Below are positions 8,417-17,698 of a stretch of DNA of 25,650 nt, piece after piece. The notes below the pieces were generated by a model that had not been told where the DNA came from, made no database searches, and saw nothing but the letters and a program-made list of their open reading frames with translations. The stretch comes from a virus (taxonomy: Duplodnaviria; Caudoviricetes): positions 1 to 25,650 of the IMG/VR virus record IMGVR_UViG_3300033067_000538; one strand, written 5' to 3'. Position 1 is the first letter of the stretch. Every line of letters starts with the position of its first letter. Position numbers and translations under genes: made by a program.

Positions 8417-9150
8417 CAGGGCACGTAGCGGCTGATGAAGGGTTTGCGCGGCACGGGCCGGCGATCGACGGTGCCGTACAGGTTGAACGACGTCGTCTTG
8501 GTCTGCTTGCCCTTAAGCTTCGTGTAGAGCTTGTTGGCCGCCTCGAGCTTGAGCGACGCATCCTTCGCACCCTGGGCCGCCAGCACGCCGCCCGACACGT
8601 AGAGCGCCAGCAGCCGGTCATCGAGATCGGCACGGTCGCTGTCGGCGACGAACGTCCGCAGGTCACGAATGCCCGTGATGCGCAGATAGCCTTCCTTCGT
8701 CGTGGTGTCGGCGCTCGTGTCGGGGATGGGCCACACTTCAATCTGACTGCCCGTCGCCTGCCACTTGCGAACCGGCCACGAGCGCTGATTGAGGATGGTC
8801 TGGAAAGCCGAATAGTCGTCCTCGCCGATCTCGGGGTGCAGCGAGCGCCAGATGCCGCCGTCCATGACGCTGACATGCTCGACGCGGTCGATGTTCAGCG
8901 TGTAGGTGTCGGCGCCCTCGTCGAACGTGGCTTCGGGCAGGTCGTAGAGATACTGCCCGGCCGCCAGTGGGAGCAGGTAGTGCTTCCGCAGATGCGGCCA
9001 GGCGTAATCCTCCCACAGCCGCTCCTGCTCACGCTGCAGCAGGACGATGTGGGAGTCGCGGACATTGACGTTGTCGGCGGGCGTCAGCGAGAGGCGCGCT
9101 TCCGCGCGCATCAAATTCAGAATGCTCTCTAGCGTCTGCTCGCGTGCCAC
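8416..9150 (-). CDS. head-tail adaptor protein
   Basis: 244 aa, LQREQERLWEDYAWPHL and IEVWPIPD resemble podoviral adaptors. Lies between head genes and nozzle. Start may be a few codons downstream of 9150. Confidence 0.7.
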   Translation of the reverse strand: MAREQTLESILNLMRAEARLSLTPADNVNVRDSHIVLLQREQERLWEDYAWPHLRKHYLLPLAAGQYLYDLPEATFDEGADTYTLNIDRVEHVSVMDGGIWRSLHPEIGEDDYSAFQTILNQRSWPVRKWQATGSQIEVWPIPDTSADTTTKEGYLRITGIRDLRTFVADSDRADLDDRLLALYVSGGVLAAQGAKDASLKLEAANKLYTKLKGKQTKTTSFNLYGTVDRRPVPRKPFISRYVP

Positions 9151-9160
9151 TCAGCGGCCC

Positions 9161-9658
9161 CTACTTGAAGAGGGCGTCGTCGCCCATGTCTTTTTCGCCG
9201 GGCTCGACGGTGTCGGGCACAGCGGCTTCGGCTTCCGGCGCGGGCTCGGCGTCGGCCTTCTTCTTGCGGGTCTTCTTGGCGTCCACCGGTGGCGCATCGT
9301 CATCGGTAGCGGGTTCCGCCACCGGTGCCGGCACGGCCTTGGCGCGGGCGGTCGGCTTGTAGAAGCTGTCGTGCAGCCCGAGTTCGTCCAACGTCAGGAA
9401 GACGCGCGCTCCGGCGCCCGGATAGACGCTCTTGACCAGCGCGCGGCCTTCGCCGTCGGTCGCGCCGCCATAGAGATTGTATAGGCGTTCCAGTTCTTCG
9501 CGGTTCGAGCGCTCGACGTCGTCGGCGGGCTCGATGTCGGAAACGGCCTCGTCGCCGTGGATCGCCATCAGAACGGGGATCTCGGCGGCCGTGACAATCT
9601 TGGGGACCTGATGGCCCTTGTCGCCGCCGATATTGACCATGACTTTTGCGGTCTGCAT
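9161..9658 (-). CDS. hypothetical head-region protein with low-complexity acidic/Lys C-terminal tail
   Basis: 165 aa, AGGA RBS, fills the gap between neighbouring virion genes. Confidence 0.75.
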   Translation of the reverse strand: MQTAKVMVNIGGDKGHQVPKIVTAAEIPVLMAIHGDEAVSDIEPADDVERSNREELERLYNLYGGATDGEGRALVKSVYPGAGARVFLTLDELGLHDSFYKPTARAKAVPAPVAEPATDDDAPPVDAKKTRKKKADAEPAPEAEAAVPDTVEPGEKDMGDDALFK

Positions 9659-9691
9659 TGGTCGTCCTACTTCGTGGTGGGAGGGGAGAGT

Positions 9692-9716
9692 GGGGCGCAG
9701 CGATCAGCCGCGCCCC
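9692..9716 (-). terminator. GC-rich hairpin, possible weak terminator or processing site
   Basis: Minus strand GGGGCGCGGC-TGATC-GCTGCGCCCC followed by a C/T-rich tract, without a clean U run. Confidence 0.35.
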
Positions 9717-9734
9717 GACGTCGCGGGGAGGGAA

Positions 9735-10418
9735 CTAGTAGCGATCAGCCTCAGACGGGCGGATGTAGATCGTGATCTCGATCTCGCCTTCGACGAACGC
9801 CGTGGTGGCGGACGCCTCGATGCTGAGCTTGCTGGCGCGAGTGAGCGTGTTGGCGCCCGTCGGTGCCGCGCCGACCACGGCGCCGAGCGGCGTCATGGTT
9901 GCCGAGGTCAGCGCCAGATCGCCGCCGGTGACGTTCGTGGTGTCGATCTCAAGGTTCAGCGTCGACAGCTTCGAGCCGGTGGTGGCCGGGTCGGAAACGA
10001 CGGCCTCCCAATACTCGATGGTGCCGTCGATACCGGGACGAATCTCGGTCACGATGTCGCCGTTCGCGATCTTCGCCAGCTTGAGATGGAAGTGCAGCGG
10101 GATGCGCGCCGGCCCATCGTTCACGTCGAAATACGCATCGACCTTGGTGCCAATCGGCCAGGAGAAGCCCGAGTGGTTGGTGATGGTGATGTTCGCCGCG
10201 CCGAAGGAAATGCCGACGTAAACGCCGGACGTTCCGTAGGCGATCTTGTCGTTGCCGTTGAGCGTCACGTAGCTGTTGGCGAGTTTCGCCAGGCCGACGT
10301 TGAAGTCGAGCTGCGTGGTGCCGGTCGGATAGGCGACCGTCATGGTTGCGGAGTCAGCCACGGCCGCAGCGAGAACGGTCCCCAGCGTGCTGTAGTTCTT
10401 GTTACGAAGACTGGTCAT
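9735..10418 (-). CDS. putative capsid decoration/minor structural protein
   Basis: 227 aa from MTSLRNKNY, Thr/Ala/Gly- and beta-rich, immediately downstream of the major capsid gene. Confidence 0.55.
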   Translation of the reverse strand: MTSLRNKNYSTLGTVLAAAVADSATMTVAYPTGTTQLDFNVGLAKLANSYVTLNGNDKIAYGTSGVYVGISFGAANITITNHSGFSWPIGTKVDAYFDVNDGPARIPLHFHLKLAKIANGDIVTEIRPGIDGTIEYWEAVVSDPATTGSKLSTLNLEIDTTNVTGGDLALTSATMTPLGAVVGAAPTGANTLTRASKLSIEASATTAFVEGEIEITIYIRPSEADRY

Positions 10419-10444
10419 CTCTTGACCCTTTCGAAAGAGGTTGA

Positions 10445-10466
10445 GCGGGTCGCCGAAGCGACCCGC
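10445..10466 (-). other. perfect 9-bp hairpin with C(UUCG)G tetraloop after the capsid stop
   Basis: Minus strand GCGGGTCGC-TTCG-GCGACCCGC. Confidence 0.75.
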
Positions 10467-10478
10467 CAAGCGCTGGGG

Positions 10479-11546
10479 CTAGTTGATGGAGTAGATGCCG
10501 GAGCTGTTCAGCCGGCGGGCCACCATGACCGCGGTCGTGGTGATGCCGTTGTACATGACCATGCGGTCATACGGCCGCGCCGGGTTGTGCTTCTTGAGCC
10601 GCTGACCGTTCATGTAGAGCAGGCGGATGCCGCCGGCCGACATGTCGAGCGCCCACATGTACTTCGACAGCGAGTTGTCGTCGAACCACGGGTCGTAGAC
10701 GATCTGCTTGCCGCCGTGGCTCGGGTCCTTCATGGAGCCGTCGGGCACCGACGAGTCGGTCGACATATCCATGCTGTAGTAGCCGTTGGCGCGCAGTTCG
10801 TTCTTGTAGGCGTCGATGAAGGACGAGCCCGCAAAGAGCTGCAGGCCGGCGAGACCCTTCGGGTTGTAGCGGGCGAGCTGCCGGAACTCGGGATCGAGCG
10901 CCTTGATGAGCACGCCGCCGCCGGTCGGCGCCGACGCGATACCGAGCAACGCGCGATTGCGCCACCAGGAGTTCACGTCGCGGGACAACCCGCCGGTCGA
11001 GCCGGTGGTCGGTGCGTCGAGAATGAGCGAGTGGACACCAGCCAAAGCCTTGGCGTCGGACGTGCCGTCGCCGTGGATCAGGTTGTTGAGAGAGACGTTG
11101 TAGTCTTCCATCATGTCTTCGTTCTTCTCGTCGAGGATGTTCGCGAGACGCGATTCCTCGGCGCCGTCCATGTCGCGGGTCGTCTGGTCCGACCCGTTCT
11201 CGATCACGTCGATACCGCCCAGCTTGAGCTCGGTCATCGTGATCTTCTTGCCGATGTGATGCTCACGCCAGGTGTACTCGACGCGCTTCGCGTTGGCCGG
11301 GTTACCGAAGGTGAGCTGATCGTCCTGGGTGTAGCCGGCGAGGCTCAGACCGCCCTGACCCGACTTGACGGCCAGCGAGACCTTCTGGTCCGTGGTGCCG
11401 CCACCGGGGAAGTTGCCGGCACGCGCCTGGAAGGCCGCCAGCATGGGCTTGTCCTGGATGTTCTGCGCCCAGACCTTCCCTTTATCGAGGTAGACCTTGA
11501 GCGACAGGTTGTTGATATTCGAGATTTCGTCGACGGTGAAACCCAT
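10479..11546 (-). CDS. major capsid protein (HK97 fold inferred)
   Basis: 355 aa, AAGGA RBS, LIHGDGTSDAKALAGV, GGLSRDVNSWWRN, portal-scaffold-capsid order. Confidence 0.88.
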   Translation of the reverse strand: MGFTVDEISNINNLSLKVYLDKGKVWAQNIQDKPMLAAFQARAGNFPGGGTTDQKVSLAVKSGQGGLSLAGYTQDDQLTFGNPANAKRVEYTWREHHIGKKITMTELKLGGIDVIENGSDQTTRDMDGAEESRLANILDEKNEDMMEDYNVSLNNLIHGDGTSDAKALAGVHSLILDAPTTGSTGGLSRDVNSWWRNRALLGIASAPTGGGVLIKALDPEFRQLARYNPKGLAGLQLFAGSSFIDAYKNELRANGYYSMDMSTDSSVPDGSMKDPSHGGKQIVYDPWFDDNSLSKYMWALDMSAGGIRLLYMNGQRLKKHNPARPYDRMVMYNGITTTAVMVARRLNSSGIYSIN

Positions 11547-11563
11547 CGTCGTATTCCTTCACG

Positions 11564-12592
11564 CTAGGCGCGCTGGCGTATCTGTCTGATGACCTCGAGG
11601 GTCGTCTTCGGTGCCGGCGTGCCGCTTGCTGCGACCTGCCCCGCGGTGATCGGACGAATGGCGGGCTTGGTGCGTGGCGCTGCCGTGACGGCCGCCGCGG
11701 TCGCCGGCTTGGCGACGGGTGCGGTGGTGGTCTTGTTGACGTGCTCGTAGGCCTTCTTGAGTTGGGCCTTCACGCCATCGGGCGTGTTCGGAACACCTTC
11801 GGTGCGCTGCAACCAAGCAAGCCGCTCGACGACGCGGGGCTCCTTGGCGGTGAAGTTCGGGTCCTTGAGTCGACGCTGCGTCACCCACTGCTCGGCCGTA
11901 TCGCGCAACAGCGTGCCCTGCTGGACCTGCTGCTGGCGCTGACCGCGCTGCTCCTGGAACTGGCGAACCGCTTCCTGCGACGCTTGCGCGGCACGGGTGC
12001 GGCTCAGTTCGAGAGCAACGTCCTGGGACAGTTCCTTGTTGGCGACGCGCTGTTGAAGGTCCTGCGGGAGGACTTCGCCTGCGCCGATCAGCAACTGCTG
12101 AACCCAGGTCTTTGCCATCTCCCACGCCTTGACCGGGTTGGTCTTGGCGAGGCCCGCGATCGTCATCACATCGGCCGCTTCGGCTGCTGTGACGTTGTTC
12201 TGGTCGAGGAAGGACTCGACGTTCTGATAGCGGACGGCGTCTGCCTTGAACGTGTTGCGTTCAGCGAGCAGCTTGCGGAAACGGGGGTGGCTGTTGAACG
12301 GAACGTCCGAGTAGTTCTCGTCGTCCTGCTCGCCAGCGGCTTCGGCTTCTTCTCCGGTTTCTTCACCTTCGGCTGACGGGGCCGCCTCTGCCTGTTCCTC
12401 TTCGCGCGCTTCCACGACATCGCGGACAACGGAAAGAGTGTCGGCTTCGGTTTCGTCGGTCGCGGCAGACGACTCCGCAGGTGCTTCGACCTCTGCCGCC
12501 GGAGCGGTGTCGGTGTTGGCTTCGTCAAGGGCGGGCGCGGCGGACGAGTCCGCGTCCATGTCGATTGGTTCGTCCTGGGTATCTTTGGGCAT
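11564..12592 (-). CDS. capsid scaffolding protein
   Basis: Acidic disordered N-terminus, VPFNSHPRFRKL, Gln-rich coiled coil. GAGGA RBS before MPKDTQ at 12592. Confidence 0.8.
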   Translation of the reverse strand: MPKDTQDEPIDMDADSSAAPALDEANTDTAPAAEVEAPAESSAATDETEADTLSVVRDVVEAREEEQAEAAPSAEGEETGEEAEAAGEQDDENYSDVPFNSHPRFRKLLAERNTFKADAVRYQNVESFLDQNNVTAAEAADVMTIAGLAKTNPVKAWEMAKTWVQQLLIGAGEVLPQDLQQRVANKELSQDVALELSRTRAAQASQEAVRQFQEQRGQRQQQVQQGTLLRDTAEQWVTQRRLKDPNFTAKEPRVVERLAWLQRTEGVPNTPDGVKAQLKKAYEHVNKTTTAPVAKPATAAAVTAAPRTKPAIRPITAGQVAASGTPAPKTTLEVIRQIRQRA

Positions 12593-12614
12593 AGGGTCCT
12601 CAGATTGTGCTTCC

Positions 12615-12643
12615 AAAATATCACTTGTCAGTCGTGTCAGCAA
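12615..12643 (-). promoter_or_regulatory. internal promoter for scaffold/capsid genes
   Basis: Minus strand TTGCTG, 17 bp, TATTTT, with GACTGACA in the spacer. Confidence 0.5.
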
Positions 12644-12672
12644 CTAGCGCACGGCAGAAACTGACAAATGGC

Positions 12673-14931
12673 CTACAGAGCTGGTCGATCCACCTGATTT
12701 GAGCCGAACGCCGGCCCTGTCCCTTCGCCGGGTTGGCCGGGTGGCTGTGGCGCGTTGTTCCCGCCCTGCAGCCCCTGCTGCGCGGGGTCGGTCTGGGCGT
12801 TGCCCGTGGCGGGCTGCTTCTGGCTGTTCTGCGCCACAATCGACGGCGCGTTCGCCAGGATGAACTTGTTGACATCCAGCTTGTCGCCGAGACGCCGCAC
12901 GCCCTCCTTGGCGAGCTCCACCGTATCGAGACCGGGGATCTGCATGAGGATGGGCGCGATCTTGGTGAAGTTCTCGATCTCGACGGCCTGATTGGGGCGA
13001 CCCGACGAGCCGGCTTCGACCTCGAGGTACATTTCGTTGGCGATCTGGGCGAGCGTCTGCGTCGGCCACACGGCGCCGGGGCCGACGATGACCTTGACCT
13101 GCTCTTCGCTCATCTCGCCGAAGAAGATTTGCGACGACGCCCGCGCGACGACGGACAGGAAATCGTCGAGGTCATCCTTCGAGGACTCGTCGGACTGCTG
13201 GGTGGCATTCGCGGCGATCGTGCTCTCAGTGGCGGTCGCCTTGGTGATGCCGCCGTAGTTCGCATCCGACGATCCGACCGAAAGTTGACGGTCCTCGTCG
13301 AACTGGTTGGTCTCGTAGAGGTTCGGGTCGACGCCGGGCGTCGGGATGACCTCCATGACGTCGGCGAGCTTCGTCTGCCCGTCCTTGTTGACCTCGATCA
13401 CATCGAAGGCTTTGGCCTTCTTGAGCGCGTCGCGGGCCTCTTCGTCCACCAGCCCCTTGGACACGGCGAAGCGCGGCCGGGCGGCCTCGCGGTGCTCGCG
13501 TAGGCCCTGACGGGAGCGATTGTGCTCCATCGCGGCGTCGTGCAGCAGCGCCACGTCAGACTTCGGGAACAGCTTCTTTTCGTTCTCGGCGGCGTTGAAC
13601 GTCAGCGCGTACACCGGCCAGAAATCGTCCACGAACACGTCGGGCGGCGCGGGCGGACGCAGGAAGCACTTATGGCCGTCGGCCACGTAGTAAACCATGC
13701 CGCTCAGCTTGTCGTAATACTTGAAGACCGAGACCAGGCCCTTGCCGTTGATGTCGGTACGGTTGGTCTCGCCCGTGTCGTCGGAATCCTCGTTCCACAG
13801 CGGCAATTCGGGCTGCTGCGGCCCGTCGAGCGACTGGCCGTTCGACCCATAGCCCGTGTAGCCGCCGGCGCGGATGGTGGATTCGGGGAACATCTCTTCG
13901 ACCTGCTCGCAGGTGAACAGGTACTGGATGGTCAGGTGCTGCGCGCCGACAAAGCCGATGAGCTGCGTCGTCAACTGGTCGGGGATGACCTTGGTCGATT
14001 GTGGGAAGTCGAAAATCAGCCCTTCGCGCAGCACGATCTCGGGCTGGGATTGCAGCGTCTCGACGGCCTTCTGCAGTTCGAACATCTCGGCGTCGTCGGG
14101 GTCGATCTCACCCTCGACAGCCTCTTCCATGAGGCGCTGCATGTGACCGAGCCGGGCGCGGGCATCGGCAAGCTGCGCGGTGATGTCCGGCGCTGGGCCG
14201 ACCTCACGGATGAAGCCGAGCTCGATATAGCTCACGCCGCAAGTGCAGGCGCGGCGCACCAGCGCCTTGGCGGCCATCTTGAAGTTGAGCGGCTTCTGCT
14301 CCCTGAGGGCCTTGGCGAACAGAATTTCGAGGGTCTTACCGACCTTGTCGACCATCTGCCGATAGGCGGTGCCCTGCTGGAAGTCGGCGATGATCTTCTG
14401 GGCGTCCTCGAAGCCCTGCGGCAGTTGCGGCTGGACGGGGACCTGCATCCCGGTGATCGGGTCGGGCGGGCTCGCGGCAGTCATCTGCGCGGCCTGCGCC
14501 ATCGCCATCTGCGCCTGCTGGGTGATCTGGAACGCCAGCATCAGCGATTTGGGGTTTTCGTCCCAGACCGTGAAGTCGAGCCGTTCGTTCCGCGCCGCGG
14601 TCGCCTTGGGGTTCTTGGCGTAGAGCGAGTTGGTCTTCTGCTTGACGTGCCGGCCGGCGATGTTGGTCTTGTAGAGCTTGTCGCTCCACTCCATCTCGTC
14701 GAAGCCGTGATACGCCATGAACATGTCGCGGCGCATCTGCTTGAAGTCGTCGGCGAAGAACGCGATGTCGCTGCGGATCGTTTTCAGGATCTTCGTGACC
14801 TGGGCGGTCTCGTTCTCGGGCGGCTCGGGGGCTTCGGTGTCCGCTGACGCCGCGGCGTCCGGCATGACGGTCGGGTCGACGCTATCAGTCGGCGGCAGCG
14901 ACATGTCGTTCGTTGAAACTGACACTGGCAT
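12673..14931 (-). CDS. portal protein
   Basis: 752 aa from the ATG overlapping the TerL stop (TGATG). KATATES and LEVEAGSSGRPN resemble podoviral portals. Directly downstream of TerL. Confidence 0.85.
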   Translation of the reverse strand: MPVSVSTNDMSLPPTDSVDPTVMPDAAASADTEAPEPPENETAQVTKILKTIRSDIAFFADDFKQMRRDMFMAYHGFDEMEWSDKLYKTNIAGRHVKQKTNSLYAKNPKATAARNERLDFTVWDENPKSLMLAFQITQQAQMAMAQAAQMTAASPPDPITGMQVPVQPQLPQGFEDAQKIIADFQQGTAYRQMVDKVGKTLEILFAKALREQKPLNFKMAAKALVRRACTCGVSYIELGFIREVGPAPDITAQLADARARLGHMQRLMEEAVEGEIDPDDAEMFELQKAVETLQSQPEIVLREGLIFDFPQSTKVIPDQLTTQLIGFVGAQHLTIQYLFTCEQVEEMFPESTIRAGGYTGYGSNGQSLDGPQQPELPLWNEDSDDTGETNRTDINGKGLVSVFKYYDKLSGMVYYVADGHKCFLRPPAPPDVFVDDFWPVYALTFNAAENEKKLFPKSDVALLHDAAMEHNRSRQGLREHREAARPRFAVSKGLVDEEARDALKKAKAFDVIEVNKDGQTKLADVMEVIPTPGVDPNLYETNQFDEDRQLSVGSSDANYGGITKATATESTIAANATQQSDESSKDDLDDFLSVVARASSQIFFGEMSEEQVKVIVGPGAVWPTQTLAQIANEMYLEVEAGSSGRPNQAVEIENFTKIAPILMQIPGLDTVELAKEGVRRLGDKLDVNKFILANAPSIVAQNSQKQPATGNAQTDPAQQGLQGGNNAPQPPGQPGEGTGPAFGSNQVDRPAL

Positions 14932-17384
14932 CAGAAAACCCCACCGGCCCGAGTATCGTCCTGCGCCTTCTTCCAGGCGTCCATTTTCGTCAACCACGCG
15001 GCCGAGCCGACTTTTGGCTCAGCCTTCGTCGGTTTCGGCGCACTGACGCCGAACTGGCTTTGGAGGCCAATCCCGAAGAGCGACAGCATATCAACAAAAT
15101 CGTCGTGTGTCCCGTTCGGGAATGCCAGCATCTCTTCGATGGCCCTGTCCCAGATCGGACCCTTGGGGAACTTGACCTTTCTGACGGCGACGCGGGCGGC
15201 GATCGATTGCGCGCGGGTCTGCTTGTCGACGCTGGGCACGATTTCGCGCACGTTCAGGAAACGCTCGGTCTCAAGCATCCGCTTGTGCAGAAAGGGGCCG
15301 ATCGACTTGCTGATGTGGCCGGATTCCGCCCACCATATGATCGGCGCATTCTCGCCTGACCCCATCGACAGCATCTGTTCGACAGCGCGGTCGGTCGGCA
15401 CGCGCTCCCAGAACAGCTCGGTGAACCACAGATTGCCCTGGTCGTCGGCGCCGGCCTTGCCGAAACACGACGGGTCGTTGCGCTGCTTGGTGCCCACGGC
15501 GTGGTCGGACGCGGCATAGAAACGCAGGCCCTCGGGCAAGTCCTTGGGGTCGTACCGCTCGATGTTCTCGCGCCGGAACAGCGTGCCGTCTGCCACCGTC
15601 GGCGCCTGCTGGTAAAGCGCCGCGAAGCCGAGCGGGTCCAGTCGCTGCTGGCTCTCGAGGAAGTCGATGTCGTAGGCTTCGGGCCACAGCGCCTCGCCCG
15701 GCGCGCGGCCGAGCGGGTCGTCGGCCTCGGCTATCGCCGGCAACCGAATGATCTTCCACTTGCGGGCTTCGATCTCGTTGTACACCGGGTTGTCCGGGTC
15801 GGTGATGCGACCGATGATGTCGTCCGAGTGCCACCGCGTATTGTGGCTCACCAAGCCGTTGGCGATGAAGTTCTCGGTCTCGTCAACCTGGATGTCGTAG
15901 ACGTCTTCACGCCCGACCGGTTCAATCGAATACACCTCGTCCCTGGTTATCTCGTACGTATTTAGCGGCGGCGAGCAGAGTTCGCTCCGTCTTCCCGTAC
16001 CCGACAGCGAGGTTGCAGTCGTTGCACAACAGCCCTCTGATCTTGCCTGTTTCGTGGCAATGGTCGATGCACAGTTTCCCGCCCCAATGCGCGCGTACAT
16101 TTTTGCCAGGAAGCTCCCCGCAAACCGCGCAGCGACCCCCCTGACGTTCGACCAGTGTTTCGTAGTCTTCGAGTGTGATTCCGTAGCGCTGCTTGATCCG
16201 GACCCCTCTGCGTGACCGAGGATTGTTGGAGGCTGACCTAAAACCTTCTGCCCACCTGAGCTTATTGTAGTGCGGCAAGCAGAAGCCTTGGCACTTGGCG
16301 GGCTGGTCACAGCCATCGTGCTGGCATGAAACGCCTTTCCACTTGCCCCACTGGCCCGGACGATTACGTCCCCGCTTTTCAATCCGCTTAGGCGTATCCA
16401 CCGTAAGTCCCCATCAACGTCCACGAGAAACGGATGCCTCTCGTTTGCCTTGACGGTTATACCAGAAGTCATCCTGATCTCATAGCAGAAGTCAGAACCA
16501 TTGTTGATGTGATCGACGACGCGCGACGCGACCAACCGACCGTTGCTGTACGAAGCAACCATGTCGTTCGGTCGAACATCTCTGAGCGGCTTTTCCCGCC
16601 CGTCCGCCATTAGAACGGGAGTGTCGCCGGTCATACACATCGTCAGAATGACGATTTTGCGGCCCATGCGGCGGGTCATGAAGACCTTCGTAAACCAGTT
16701 CCACGCCTGGTCGCGGATGGTCTGCGATCGGGCCTCTTCGTGATCCTTGAACAGGTCGTCGCCGATGCCGAGGTTCATACCGCGGCCAGTAAGCGCGCCG
16801 CCGCGGCCCACGAAGACGAGGCGGCCCCCTTTCTCGGTCTGGATGTTGGCCTTCGCCGAGCCGCCGCGGCGCAGCCGATATTGCGGGAAAACGACGCGGT
16901 GCTGCGGGCTTGTCAGAATGGCGCGCGTGTCGGCGCCCATATCTTCGGCCATCGTGTCGCTGTAGGACGCAACACCAATGTCCCACTCGGGGAACTGCCC
17001 GCTCACCCAGGCCGACAGGCTCTTCGTCGAAAGCTGGGTCTTGCCGTGGCGCGGCGGCATCTCGAAGATGAGCTGTGCGCAGATGCTGCCATCGGGGTTA
17101 CGGAGTTCGCCCTTGATGAAAGCGGTGAGCGCCTTGGCGACCTCAACGTGCAGCTTCGTCGCGACGTAGCGCGAGCGGTGGACGTCGTTCGGCGCCGCCG
17201 GGTCTGGCATTGTAAACTGCGTGTAGGTCAGCAGGTCGTCATGCGCCTTCTTGGCGACGGCAAGGCGCTCGAGCAGGGCAATTTCCTGCTCGATCTTCTT
17301 GGGGTCGCGGGCCTTGAGCTCGGCCTGCTTGGCCTCCCACTCGGTCCTGCGACCCGTGAGAGGGTTGAAACCTGGTCTCGTCAT
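14931..17384 (-). CDS. terL: terminase large subunit precursor containing an intein (817 aa; 551 aa after splicing)
   Basis: Walker A MPPRHGKT, GRGGALTGRG, Walker B IGDDLFKD, M/TRW coupling motif split by the intein, nuclease acidic motifs ASDHAVG and HDDFVD. Confidence 0.95.
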   Translation of the reverse strand: MTRPGFNPLTGRRTEWEAKQAELKARDPKKIEQEIALLERLAVAKKAHDDLLTYTQFTMPDPAAPNDVHRSRYVATKLHVEVAKALTAFIKGELRNPDGSICAQLIFEMPPRHGKTQLSTKSLSAWVSGQFPEWDIGVASYSDTMAEDMGADTRAILTSPQHRVVFPQYRLRRGGSAKANIQTEKGGRLVFVGRGGALTGRGMNLGIGDDLFKDHEEARSQTIRDQAWNWFTKVFMTRRMGRKIVILTMCMTGDTPVLMADGREKPLRDVRPNDMVASYSNGRLVASRVVDHINNGSDFCYEIRMTSGITVKANERHPFLVDVDGDLRWIRLSGLKSGDVIVRASGASGKAFHASTMAVTSPPSAKASACRTTISSGGQKVLGQPPTILGHAEGSGSSSATESHSKTTKHWSNVRGVAARFAGSFLAKMYARIGAGNCASTIATKQARSEGCCATTATSLSGTGRRSELCSPPLNTYEITRDEVYSIEPVGREDVYDIQVDETENFIANGLVSHNTRWHSDDIIGRITDPDNPVYNEIEARKWKIIRLPAIAEADDPLGRAPGEALWPEAYDIDFLESQQRLDPLGFAALYQQAPTVADGTLFRRENIERYDPKDLPEGLRFYAASDHAVGTKQRNDPSCFGKAGADDQGNLWFTELFWERVPTDRAVEQMLSMGSGENAPIIWWAESGHISKSIGPFLHKRMLETERFLNVREIVPSVDKQTRAQSIAARVAVRKVKFPKGPIWDRAIEEMLAFPNGTHDDFVDMLSLFGIGLQSQFGVSAPKPTKAEPKVGSAAWLTKMDAWKKAQDDTRAGGVF
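15840..16637 (-). mobile_element. intein (266 aa) in TerL
   Basis: Block A CMTGDTPVLMADG, block B VKANERHPFLV, block F VYDIQVDETENFIANG, block G SHN followed by +1 Thr. Removal restores ILTM-TRWHSDD. Confidence 0.95.
15922..16401 (-). CDS. endonuclease VII-like (His-Me finger) homing endonuclease nested out of frame in the intein
   Basis: GGGGA RBS then GTG. N-terminal CxxxxC...CxxH, then RYGITLEDY, QGGRCAVC, IDHCHETGKIRGLLCNDCN. Confidence 0.9.
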   Translation of the reverse strand: MDTPKRIEKRGRNRPGQWGKWKGVSCQHDGCDQPAKCQGFCLPHYNKLRWAEGFRSASNNPRSRRGVRIKQRYGITLEDYETLVERQGGRCAVCGELPGKNVRAHWGGKLCIDHCHETGKIRGLLCNDCNLAVGYGKTERTLLAAAKYVRDNQGRGVFD

Positions 17385-17698
17385 CAGGCAGGAACGTCGG
17401 GCTTCTTCGATTCGAACAGCGCGAGCGGGTGGGCCACCATGCAGCCGTGAAGCGCCGGCCAGAGCTGGATGAGCCCGCCGAGATCGACGACCAGCAACTG
17501 GTCGGCCGCGTCGCCCGGCACGTCGATCAGCGCGACGAACTTGCCCTTCTGCTCGTCCGCCGCCTTCACGGCGTCGGCGACGTTGAAACAGGTCTGCTCG
17601 GTGACCGGGGCGTCGGCGGCCTTGGCGAACGTGACGATGGTCGCCAGACAGAGGCCGACGAAGAGGATGGTCGCGGGGATCGCAACTTTGGGGCTCAT
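17384..17698 (-). CDS. hypothetical exported/membrane-anchored protein
   Basis: 104 aa, N-terminal hydrophobic segment ending AKA-AD, coupled to genes on both sides. Confidence 0.65.
   Translation of the reverse strand: MSPKVAIPATILFVGLCLATIVTFAKAADAPVTEQTCFNVADAVKAADEQKGKFVALIDVPGDAADQLLVVDLGGLIQLWPALHGCMVAHPLALFESKKPDVPA

Noticed and set aside
900-14847. Long + strand ORFs such as 1623..2945, 3086..4543, 6689..8203, 9618..11567 and 13522..14847
   Set aside because: Antisense shadows of high-GC minus-strand genes, with no motifs or credible starts.
15840-16637. Sequencing frameshift or group I intron as the explanation of the out-of-frame nuclease
   Set aside because: The TerL/intein frame is open end to end with all splicing blocks in frame, and the nuclease has its own RBS, start and stop. 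An artefact would need two compensating errors.
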